The position numbers were made by a program, and so were the translations under genes. A model generated the notes under the pieces. That model was not told the origin of the DNA. It ran no database searches and worked only from the letters and a program-made list of their open reading frames with translations. A stretch of DNA of 54,486 nt, from contig JAYZBT010000079.1 in NCBI GenBank assembly GCA_036338615.1, positions 1 to 54,486 on the forward strand. Reading direction: 5' to 3'. This DNA comes from Gemmatimonadota bacterium. GTDB lineage: Bacteria; Gemmatimonadota; Gemmatimonadetes; Longimicrobiales; Gaopeijiaceae. Positions 37,886 to 46,038 of this stretch are shown one piece after another (positions within the stretch are counted from its first letter, which is position 1; every line of letters begins with the position of its first letter).

Positions 37886-38207
37886 CTGGCAGGAAGAAAG
37901 GGAGCGACGAGTGCGCGAGGCGTCGCTCGTGTTGGAAGGCAAGAGTGTTTGCGTCGAACCACGCATCGAGATCCGTGCGCGGACCGGCTTCGGCCTGGCG
38001 GACCACTTCGCGGCCCCACTCCCGCAGCTCCGGAAGCGTGAGTTCGCATGGTTCGATCTCGTTTCCCGCATTCGTGACCAGACGGCCGCCCGCGAGCACC
38101 GTGGGCGCCACGTACTGGATCACCACAAAGGCCACGGCGATCAACGTGAATGTGACGAGGGTCAGCTTGATGCCTTCGCGCAAGAATGTGCGCGGGGTCT
38201 CCAACAC
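37884..38207 (-). pseudogene. orphan ~108-codon ORF segment (N-terminal TM anchor plus soluble stretch) running out of frame into the ALS remnant
   Basis: GTG start with TM helix LTLVTFTLIAVAFVVIQYV. GC3 is coding-like until about 37885. After that point the high-GC3 frame switches to the ALS frame. Confidence 0.3.
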
Positions 38208-38363
38208 GCTGGCGCCGACGCTGAGCCCAGCCGGGAAGCAGGCCTCTTTTCGTATTGGTGACGCGCGCCGCGCGCCGCCGGTTTAGTGGACCGGCGGCCG
38301 GACGGCTGGCGAGTCTTGGCGGGCAGATGCTCGGCCCTCTTCTCACGTACTATAGATTGTGAG

Positions 38364-39575
38364 ATGAGAGAGACGCATCTGCGAACGTGGGGCGGTCGCG
38401 CGCCCGCCACGGTGGCGCTGCTCGTCGCGCTCGCTTCGCCGGCGTGCGGTGGGAACGGGGCGACGGAAGTTCGCTCGCTCACGGTGTCCGTTGAGCCGAG
38501 TAATACGCTCATCGCCGGCGTTGGCGGAACGGTGGACTTCGGCGCGGTCGCGCGCGACGACAACGGGGCGCTGGTGTCTGGGGAGACGACTTGGCTGTCG
38601 TCCGATCTCTCGGTCGCCACGGTCAGCTCTACCGGCCTCGCGGTCGGTGTGGCGTCGGGGATCGCCACGATCACCGCGACCGTCGAGGGTGCAACTGGCA
38701 CGGCGCGACTCGAGGTCTACGTGCCAGACGCCGTGTCCGCATACGAGGTGGGCACGAGCTATTTGGGGCGCAACGGCTACGTGCAATACGTCCCGGGTGA
38801 TCTCCCGGTGGTCCTATCGGCGCCTCACGGCGGCGGATTCACGCCCAGCGAGATCCCGAACCGCACCTTCGGTGTGACCGGCACCGACCGCAACACCGCT
38901 GAGCTCATCCTCGCCGTTCGCGATGCCTTCCTGGAACAGACGGGGCGGAGCCCGCATGTGATCATCTCGCACTTGGCGCGCGTAAAGCTCGACCCAAACC
39001 GCGAGATCGTGGAGGCCGCCCAGGACGATCCCTTTGCAGAGCAGGCCTGGCACGAATTCCAGGACTGGATCAGCCTTGCGCGCGAGACGGTCCAGGAGGA
39101 CTTCGACCGTGGCATGTACTTCGACCTGCACGGGCACGGTCACGACATCGACCGCCTCGAGCTCGGGTATCTGCTCAGCCGTAGCGAACTCAACCAGGCG
39201 GACACTCCGCTCGACGCGCTGGCGGTGGTCGCTAGTACCAGCATTCGCGACCTGGGGCGGGATTCGCCGCTTCCGTTCTCGCAGCTGCTGCGTGGCCCCA
39301 CGTCACTGGGCGGTTATCTGCAGCTCGAAGGGGTGCGCTCGGTGCCGAGTCCGGGCGACTTGTCACCTGGCGACGACGACTACTTCTCGGGCGGATACAA
39401 CACCCGGCAGCACGGCTCGGTGTCGGACGGGGAGGTGGTGAGTGGGATCCAGATCGAGCATCACTTCTCTGGCCTGCGGGACACCGACGAGAATCGACGC
39501 ACCTATGCGGCACAACTCAGCCGGGCGATCAGGCTGTTCATGATCCAACACTACGGGTTCTTCGAGCCTTCCTAG
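38364..39575 (+). CDS. lipoprotein with Big_2 (bacterial Ig-like) domain fused to an N-formylglutamate amidohydrolase-like domain
   Basis: Start trimmed to the ATG at 38364 (lipobox LASPAC). Big_2 signature SSDLSVATVSSTGLAVGVASGIATITATVEG. FGase-like motifs VLSAPHGG, DRNT and DLHGHGH. Confidence 0.7.
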   Translation: MRETHLRTWGGRAPATVALLVALASPACGGNGATEVRSLTVSVEPSNTLIAGVGGTVDFGAVARDDNGALVSGETTWLSSDLSVATVSSTGLAVGVASGIATITATVEGATGTARLEVYVPDAVSAYEVGTSYLGRNGYVQYVPGDLPVVLSAPHGGGFTPSEIPNRTFGVTGTDRNTAELILAVRDAFLEQTGRSPHVIISHLARVKLDPNREIVEAAQDDPFAEQAWHEFQDWISLARETVQEDFDRGMYFDLHGHGHDIDRLELGYLLSRSELNQADTPLDALAVVASTSIRDLGRDSPLPFSQLLRGPTSLGGYLQLEGVRSVPSPGDLSPGDDDYFSGGYNTRQHGSVSDGEVVSGIQIEHHFSGLRDTDENRRTYAAQLSRAIRLFMIQHYGFFEPS

Positions 39576-39929
39576 AGGTTGCGGTGCCGGGCCCCTGAGG
39601 AGCGAAGTCGTCCTCCTTGACCCTCACGTAGCGTTAGGGTGTATCGTGGGAGGCGGGCGGACGCAGGCGGGCCGGCCGCATACTGGTGCCCCGAACCCCG
39701 CGGGTGATCCGGCGATGAAGGAGTCCCTCGACGCCTTCTACGACGGCGAGGGTGCCGAGAACGTGATGGCCGGCCCAGGGGATGGAGATGACCCCCGGGC
39801 TCTGGCAATACATGGCGGAAGCGCAAGCGGCGCTCGGGCGGAACTGAGGGCGCCCCCACCCGAAAAACGAGGGGTGGCGGACCCCCGGTCCACCACCCCC
39901 CCGGCAGGAGTAGAGCTCCTTACAGCCGC

Positions 39930-40739
39930 TCAGCCTCCTCGATTGCCTCCGCGACGCCTGAGCGGGAATCGGCCTTCCCGTGTCGTCAGGTCGATCTCCA
40001 TCTCTTCGCCGTTGACAACGATGTTGGCGGTCTCGTCGCCGTCGAACGTGATCGTGATCACCGCCGCGCGGGTCTCATCCCCGTTCGGACCGTTCACGAT
40101 CGTAGCGCTCATCGTGCGCGTGATCGTTCCGGAGATCGGATACCGTGTGTCGGATCCGGGTGCCGGCACGACGACATTGGTGTAGGTGAAGGAGCCGACC
40201 ATGTGCGAGCTACGGACGGAGCCGTCCTCCTCCACGGTGCGGCTCCGCGTAATGTCCTCTTCACCGGTTCCATTGCGCGTGCGGTGGGTCTCTTCACCCT
40301 CCAAGCCGGTGACCGTCATGTCGCGCAGGCGGTAGATGTTCGCGCTCCAGTTGTCGCGCCCGACATCGCCGCTGACCTCACTTTCGTAGTGGATGCTCGC
40401 GGTCGTTAGTTCGTCGTAGGCCTCCTGCTCGACGCCGTTCGCGTCGTAGAAGGTCTCTGAGTGGGTGCCCGAAAGCTCCTCCCCGATCCGGTGTCGGCCG
40501 CCTGGTAAGCCACGCCCTCCAGTACGGCCACGCGAGTGACCCGCCCGGAAGCCGAACGATTGGCCCCACGTGCCGACGTCCTCGAGTGCCGCGTCGGCCG
40601 CGACGATCGCCATATCGAGCACCAGGCCATCGTCGATCGCGTCGAGTCCGGTCGAGTCCCCGCAAGCAGTGGCCGTGAGGCCGGCGGCCATCGCCAGCGT
40701 CCCTCGCAGCCCAGTCCATCCCTTTCTCATGATCCGCAT
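39930..40739 (-). CDS. hypothetical lipoprotein
   Basis: Start trimmed to the ATG at 40739 (MRIMRKGWTGLRGTLAMAAGLTATAC). The rest is beta-rich and Thr/Gly-rich. Last gene of the envelope cluster. Confidence 0.55.
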   Translation of the reverse strand: MRIMRKGWTGLRGTLAMAAGLTATACGDSTGLDAIDDGLVLDMAIVAADAALEDVGTWGQSFGFRAGHSRGRTGGRGLPGGRHRIGEELSGTHSETFYDANGVEQEAYDELTTASIHYESEVSGDVGRDNWSANIYRLRDMTVTGLEGEETHRTRNGTGEEDITRSRTVEEDGSVRSSHMVGSFTYTNVVVPAPGSDTRYPISGTITRTMSATIVNGPNGDETRAAVITITFDGDETANIVVNGEEMEIDLTTREGRFPLRRRGGNRGG

Positions 40740-40842
40740 CCTCGTCCCGTTGGGGTCGCACCTCCCCATACACATCCTTGATGAGTCTGAGCATTGAGAC
40801 GTTAAAGGGCGCGGCAGGCACACACCAGGGGATCTCGGGCCC

Positions 40843-41664
40843 TTAGGAACCCGACGGCTTCGAGACGAACGGTGCGTGCTCGAACACGAGGTAGCTTCGT
40901 ACGGCAGCCATCTCACCCGCCCGCAGCGTGGTGATATTGCCACCCACATGCTGTACTCCGGGTCGGCTTGCCAGCCAGGGGTCGATGCCGCCGAGATCGC
41001 TCGGGGCATCGGCTTCGGTCTCCAGGTCGCCGAGTCGGTAGTGCATTGGAATCACGAGCGACGGCTGAACGGCCTCGAGAAGCGCCCGTGTGGATTCCTC
41101 GGACAGGATGTGGTACTCGCCGTCGGCCGGCATCATCAAAACATCGATGCGGCCGAGGCCCGCGACCATATCGGGCGTGAGCGGTCCGTTGTCTCCCAGA
41201 TGCGCGATGCGCAGGCCTGCAGCCTCGACGACCATGATCGTATTGAGCTGCCCGAATTCCATGCCGTAGGGGTCGGCGTGCTTCCCCTCCACGCCCGTAA
41301 CTCGGAAGCCACCGACCGTATAGGCGCCGGGCATATCGATGACCGTGACGTCCGGGCCCCACGGGAACGGCATCTCGCGGTACCGGCCCGCGTCGTGATC
41401 GTAGTGCGGGTGGGTGATCAGCACAGCGTCCGGCTCGATCCCCTCCGGCCAGTCGTAGCCCAGCCAGACGCGGCTAGCGTAGGGATCGATCAAGAGTTCT
41501 GTGCCATCTGACGCGCGCAGGAGAAACGAAGCGTGCGCGATGTATTCGATCTCGATGCCCGGAGTCGGGGTGACGACTTCCTCACTCGTCTCTCCGGTGC
41601 AACCTGCCAATACAACGAGAGCGAGGGCGCGAGAAAAGCCGCATGGCCGCATGCGCAGACTCAC
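40843..41664 (-). CDS. MBL-fold metallo-hydrolase, lipoprotein
   Basis: Lipobox LVVLAGC and the HxHxDH motif (THPHYDHD). Confidence 0.8.
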   Translation of the reverse strand: MSLRMRPCGFSRALALVVLAGCTGETSEEVVTPTPGIEIEYIAHASFLLRASDGTELLIDPYASRVWLGYDWPEGIEPDAVLITHPHYDHDAGRYREMPFPWGPDVTVIDMPGAYTVGGFRVTGVEGKHADPYGMEFGQLNTIMVVEAAGLRIAHLGDNGPLTPDMVAGLGRIDVLMMPADGEYHILSEESTRALLEAVQPSLVIPMHYRLGDLETEADAPSDLGGIDPWLASRPGVQHVGGNITTLRAGEMAAVRSYLVFEHAPFVSKPSGS

Positions 41665-41669
41665 TCCAA

Positions 41670-41948
41670 TCAGCCAGCCTGTTGGCTGACCGACCAGGTC
41701 AGCGAGCCGCTGCCACCGAAGTGTCGCCGCTCCTGGTTCTCGACGGACGGATCACGGTACCGGATCAGGCTCGCCAGGTGTTCGAGGCCGTCCATGCAGC
41801 CGCGCACGGCGACTACCGTGTCGGGGTCGTTGTTCAACAGGCGACGACTGCGCGTGCCAATGTTCAAGAAGAGACCCTCGGTGAAGTCCGGCAAAGGATC
41901 ATCCGGGCCTACCGCATTGAGAATGCCGAGTACTTCGTCGGTATCCAT
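41670..41948 (-). CDS. hypothetical protein (92 aa)
   Basis: Good GC3 and tight spacing (5 nt to the next gene). No motif recognised. Confidence 0.4.
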   Translation of the reverse strand: MDTDEVLGILNAVGPDDPLPDFTEGLFLNIGTRSRRLLNNDPDTVVAVRGCMDGLEHLASLIRYRDPSVENQERRHFGGSGSLTWSVSQQAG

Positions 41949-41966
41949 TTCTCGAGGTCCGCCCTG

Positions 41967-42212
41967 CTAGGCCCACACGGCGTGCTCGATCTCGTGAAGC
42001 GCGTCCCACGCGAGTTGACGACCGCGCGTCTGATGTCGTCGGCGCTCGAAGAACCACTCGACGACCGCGACCGTGATCACGATACAGACCAGCTCGGTTC
42101 CCAGGTTGCCCAGGACCGTCCTGGCGTTCGTATCTGCGCCCATGTAGGTCGATAAGCCGAGAATCCCGGCAGCGACAGAGAGGCTTGCCAGCGTGACGAG
42201 CCAATGGAGCAT
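41967..42212 (-). CDS. small membrane protein (81 aa, two hydrophobic segments)
   Basis: LVTLASLSVAAGILGL and LVCIVITVAVVEWFF. It begins 3 nt after the upstream gene's stop. Confidence 0.45.
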   Translation of the reverse strand: MLHWLVTLASLSVAAGILGLSTYMGADTNARTVLGNLGTELVCIVITVAVVEWFFERRRHQTRGRQLAWDALHEIEHAVWA

Positions 42213-42215
42213 CGA

Positions 42216-43226
42216 TTATCTTCGGGTGACGAATACGGGTTGAGTCCATGCGACGCGACCACCGGAGTCGGTCACTGTGGCTCGAATGTAACCCACGTCG
42301 CGGCCCCCGAGGTCGAATGTAGCGGGGTTCTCGTCGGTCTCTGCCAAGACCACCCCCGAGGCGCCAGAGAAGACTGTGCTGAAGCGGAAGTCCCCCGCTT
42401 CCGAGATGTCGATCGTGATGCGATCGCTTGTGACGACGATATCCGAGAGGCTGACGCCCGTGCTCGCGTAGAAGCGACCCGACTCCAGCGACGCCATCAG
42501 CTCCAGGGCATCGAGTGACGGGGAGTTCACGGAGACCCATCCGCGGCCTGGATTCACCCTATCGGGCGCGAACTCCCCCTGGAAGTGATGCGCGTCGTCG
42601 ACCGCGATTCCGTAAAGGACCTTCCCCTCCGTGAGCAGGATGTCCCAGATCTCCTCGAGTCCTGGGCTGCCTCCTCCTCCCTCGTTGTGCACCGTGGGGT
42701 GTCCGTTCCAGATCTCGAGCAGCTTGTCGTTTTCGATCTGTCTCAGTTCGTCGACCCCGAACGACCAGCGGAAGTTCGGGTGATTGATGTGGGGCACGCC
42801 CTCGACTTCACGGATCGCGTCCACGTTCGACTGGATGGTGGCGACGAGCGACTCTGCCTGCCGGGCCTCGATGAGCCCCGGGATGTTGAGGCCGTTCACA
42901 TGGATCGACGCGTCCTCGAAGCGGCTCGTGACCTCCTCTCCGGGGATTAGCAAGAACGTCGAATCCACCAGGTGGCCGAGCGCCTCCGGATCGGTAAACA
43001 CGTTGTGATCGGTGAGCACGAGAAAATCGTAGCCGTGGTCCTTGTACCACGTCGCCACGTACTCGGGCGACGAGTCCCCGTCGCTCTCCGTGGTGTGGGC
43101 GTGCGTATTGCCCTTGAACCAACGGTCACCGACGTCTTGTGGGACCTCGAATTCGAACACCGTCGCCTGTTCGCATGCGGTAGCGGCCAGCGACGCGATC
43201 GCGAGCATCAGCACGCCACGCTTCAT
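42216..43226 (-). CDS. PHP-domain / CehA-McbA-type metallohydrolase, lipoprotein
   Basis: Lipobox LAATAC and PHP motif GNTHAHTTESDGD...FLVLTDHN. 4-nt overlap with the M28 gene stop. Confidence 0.7.
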   Translation of the reverse strand: MKRGVLMLAIASLAATACEQATVFEFEVPQDVGDRWFKGNTHAHTTESDGDSSPEYVATWYKDHGYDFLVLTDHNVFTDPEALGHLVDSTFLLIPGEEVTSRFEDASIHVNGLNIPGLIEARQAESLVATIQSNVDAIREVEGVPHINHPNFRWSFGVDELRQIENDKLLEIWNGHPTVHNEGGGGSPGLEEIWDILLTEGKVLYGIAVDDAHHFQGEFAPDRVNPGRGWVSVNSPSLDALELMASLESGRFYASTGVSLSDIVVTSDRITIDISEAGDFRFSTVFSGASGVVLAETDENPATFDLGGRDVGYIRATVTDSGGRVAWTQPVFVTRR

Positions 43227-46033
43227 CGACCGCGACCTGCTTCGACCCGCGAGGCCGCCGCCGTGGTCGTGTCCACCGGCGTGGCCGCGGCACGCGCCCC
43301 GGTCATCGAGTCCGGCATCTGCTGCAGGTCGTACGGGGCTTCGCCGTCTCCCGCCAAGTCGAGCGTTGAAAAGCGCGTGAGCAGCATCGCGCGATCGCTC
43401 AGCCGGGTCACATCGGGGGCCAGCGTCGCGGGCCGCTCGAATGGGTCGGAATCGAGAAGCTCCCCGGGCCGGAGTGTGTGTTCGATGACATTCAGCTCGA
43501 GCGCCTCGCCTTCCGGCACATCGAGCTCCAGCAAAACGACCGGGTCGGGCTCACCCCAGTGGTCGGCCCAGAGAAGCGAGGCGGGCTCAGTCAGCGGTTT
43601 CCCGTTGATCGACCGTATTCGCGTCCCGGAGCCGTTGGCGTATTGGAAGCGAAGCATCTCGGCTCCGATCTCTGAACGGACGCTCATCAGAACCCGGCGC
43701 ACTCCTTCGATGCTCTCACCCGATTCGATGAAGATCTCGGGTCCGGGAACATCGACGACGTCGGCGGAGACGATGGGAACGTCACCGGCGCGATATCCGA
43801 ACTCGCCCAGGTCCCGCACGGCACCGAAGGGAGCCCCGGCGCCGGCGACAGCCCACTCGCGGGCGGCCATGTGAGCCGTGTCCGAGAGGGGCGCGGTGAC
43901 CCAAAGAGCCTCTCGAGCCTCGTGATCGAGCGCGTACACGAGGGTGGAGGGCAAGGGGCGCTCCGGAGTGGTCCTCGACATGAGCAGTCCGATTCCCAGC
44001 GCCGCACCACACAGTACCAGGCTGGTCAGCGGGGCCCACCACGCGTTGGGGTGTCTCATTCCGTCGATGGCGGGCAGGCACAGGTAGGCTGTGACCGCCG
44101 TCAGCACCGCCAACGCGGGGGCCATGCGAAACGACAGCGCGAGCCAGAGCAGCTCCGTGAGGGGCTCCAGGAATGCGAGCACTGCAAGCGCCGCCACAAC
44201 GGCCAACCCCCACCCGACCACGCCCGATGCGTTCCTACGCAGGACGCCCAGCAGAAGGATCACCGAGAGAGCGGCCGCGACCGGCCACTGGAAGTTCATG
44301 GCGGCGAGCGGCATTTCGTAGCTCAGCCATGCCGCTCCCGCCAGCGGAACGATGAGGGCCCCCAGCGCAAGCGAACTCAAATGCACGAATCTGCGAACGA
44401 CTCCGTGCAGTGATGTGACGATCGTGAGCACTGCGGCGGCGAGCGCGAGAAGGTACCAGCCCTCACTGTGATACGCCGAGCCGTACAGGCTGTCGAGTTC
44501 CGGATGGAAGCCCGGTAGCCATCCTACGAGCAGCATAGCTGCCCCATAGGAGAGGGCGGCGCCAGCGATGGAGACACCCGCACCGATCAGGATGCCGGTG
44601 AGTCCGCCTGTCACCGCCCGTGTCACGATCACGGCGAGGGCGAAAAGCGCGAGCAGGACCCCCGAGATGGGCAGAATCCACTTCTCGTCGTAGACGAAAA
44701 AGCCGAAGCCGGGCACGTGGAAGTAGGCGACATTGGGCGCGTCGACCTCGAGCAGGCTCTCGTTTCCGAGGTGCCGCAAGACGTTGAGCGCGTGCATGCC
44801 GTGGTGCTGAAGAGTCGACTCGGACAGGTTCTCGGGCGAGTCGTACGCCTGGTGATACACGTGCGCGTTGTCGATCGCGGCGAAGTTCAGCCCTTGGACG
44901 CCGGCCTCGCGGAACGGCGTGAAGTCGGTGTCGTTCGGCAGTCGCTTGTAGATCTCGTAGGACATCGAGTTGCCATACGCCGTCGGGTCGGACGCGGCCA
45001 GCGCGCGCACGATCCAGCCGTTTTCCTCACCTGTCTCGAACATGATGGACGGTCCGCCGCCGCCCCTCATCTCGATCGAGATCGCGAGCCGCACGTCCTC
45101 CATCCATGGGTGCCCGTCGACGAACGCCCGGGAGCCCAGCAGCCCGAGCTCTTCGGCGTCGGTGAAGAGCACGATGAGGTCGTTCTGAAGCGGTCCGCTC
45201 GCCTGGATCGCCCGTAGGGCCTCCAGGATGGTGACTACGCCCGCGCCGTCATCGGCGGCTCCGCGGGCGAGTTCACGACTGTCATAGTGTGCTGTGACGA
45301 GGACCGCGCCCGTCGACGATGTGCCTGCGAGCCTGGCCACCACGTTGCGAACCGTGGCCGACCGCGCGAAGGACGCGTTCTGGATCAGGCTCGGCGTGGT
45401 CTGAATCTCGGGTTCCAGGCCCAAGGCCGTCAGACGATCCACCAGATACTGGCGCACGCGAGCGTGCTCCGGCGAGCCGGTCGGGTGTGCTTCGCGCGCG
45501 ATTTCCACCAGGGTCACCATTGCCCGCGCCGACGAGAACTCGGCCTCGCCCGCGTTCGCGGGCACGGGTCGCGGCATCCCGGTACGACTGCTCGCGAACA
45601 CGCAGGCGGCGAACAGCAGGGCCGCCGTGGTGGGTCCCCGCCATTTGCTGCGCGGGCCATCATCAACCGGCGCAGCCGCGGGCCGTGCGGCGGCCTCTTT
45701 CGATTCGGCCGGCTCATCCTTCGAGGTCGGCTGCCCCTCTGAAGCCGCCGCCTTCGCCTTCTTTTTCGCTGCGGCAGCAGTGCGTTTTTCTGCCTTGGCT
45801 TTCGCTCGAGCCGCTTTCGCGGCCTCCTTCCCACCGCCGGCCGGCGCCCCAGAGGGGGTGGGCCGGGGGATGGTCACGGGAGCAGGTGGCTCTTCTCCGA
45901 ACAGGGCCGCCATCTCCTCTGCGCTCATCTCCGGACCGTCGCTGGACAGCTCGCCCTCGAGTTCCTTGAGGTCTTCCTCGGTGAGTCCCAATTCCTTGTC
46001 GGAAGGGAGATCGGGAAAATCGGAGGTGCTCAT
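43223..46033 (-). CDS. integral-membrane M28-family aminopeptidase-like protein with acidic plus Lys/Ala-rich N-terminal tail
   Basis: 936 aa. M28 metal-ligand contexts VTAHYDS, DDGAGVVTILEAL and FTDAEELGLLGS. About 9 hydrophobic segments follow the peptidase domain. An N-terminal cytoplasmic tail covers residues 1-134. Confidence 0.8.
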   Translation of the reverse strand: MSTSDFPDLPSDKELGLTEEDLKELEGELSSDGPEMSAEEMAALFGEEPPAPVTIPRPTPSGAPAGGGKEAAKAARAKAKAEKRTAAAAKKKAKAAASEGQPTSKDEPAESKEAAARPAAAPVDDGPRSKWRGPTTAALLFAACVFASSRTGMPRPVPANAGEAEFSSARAMVTLVEIAREAHPTGSPEHARVRQYLVDRLTALGLEPEIQTTPSLIQNASFARSATVRNVVARLAGTSSTGAVLVTAHYDSRELARGAADDGAGVVTILEALRAIQASGPLQNDLIVLFTDAEELGLLGSRAFVDGHPWMEDVRLAISIEMRGGGGPSIMFETGEENGWIVRALAASDPTAYGNSMSYEIYKRLPNDTDFTPFREAGVQGLNFAAIDNAHVYHQAYDSPENLSESTLQHHGMHALNVLRHLGNESLLEVDAPNVAYFHVPGFGFFVYDEKWILPISGVLLALFALAVIVTRAVTGGLTGILIGAGVSIAGAALSYGAAMLLVGWLPGFHPELDSLYGSAYHSEGWYLLALAAAVLTIVTSLHGVVRRFVHLSSLALGALIVPLAGAAWLSYEMPLAAMNFQWPVAAALSVILLLGVLRRNASGVVGWGLAVVAALAVLAFLEPLTELLWLALSFRMAPALAVLTAVTAYLCLPAIDGMRHPNAWWAPLTSLVLCGAALGIGLLMSRTTPERPLPSTLVYALDHEAREALWVTAPLSDTAHMAAREWAVAGAGAPFGAVRDLGEFGYRAGDVPIVSADVVDVPGPEIFIESGESIEGVRRVLMSVRSEIGAEMLRFQYANGSGTRIRSINGKPLTEPASLLWADHWGEPDPVVLLELDVPEGEALELNVIEHTLRPGELLDSDPFERPATLAPDVTRLSDRAMLLTRFSTLDLAGDGEAPYDLQQMPDSMTGARAAATPVDTTTAAASRVEAGRGR

Positions 46034-46038
46034 CTCCT

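Noticed and set aside
39646-40185. 179-aa plus-strand ORF spanning the long spacer and running antisense into the lipoprotein gene
   Set aside because: Coding-like GC3 is confined to the first ~25 codons. The remainder is antisense to the lipoprotein gene at 39930-40739.
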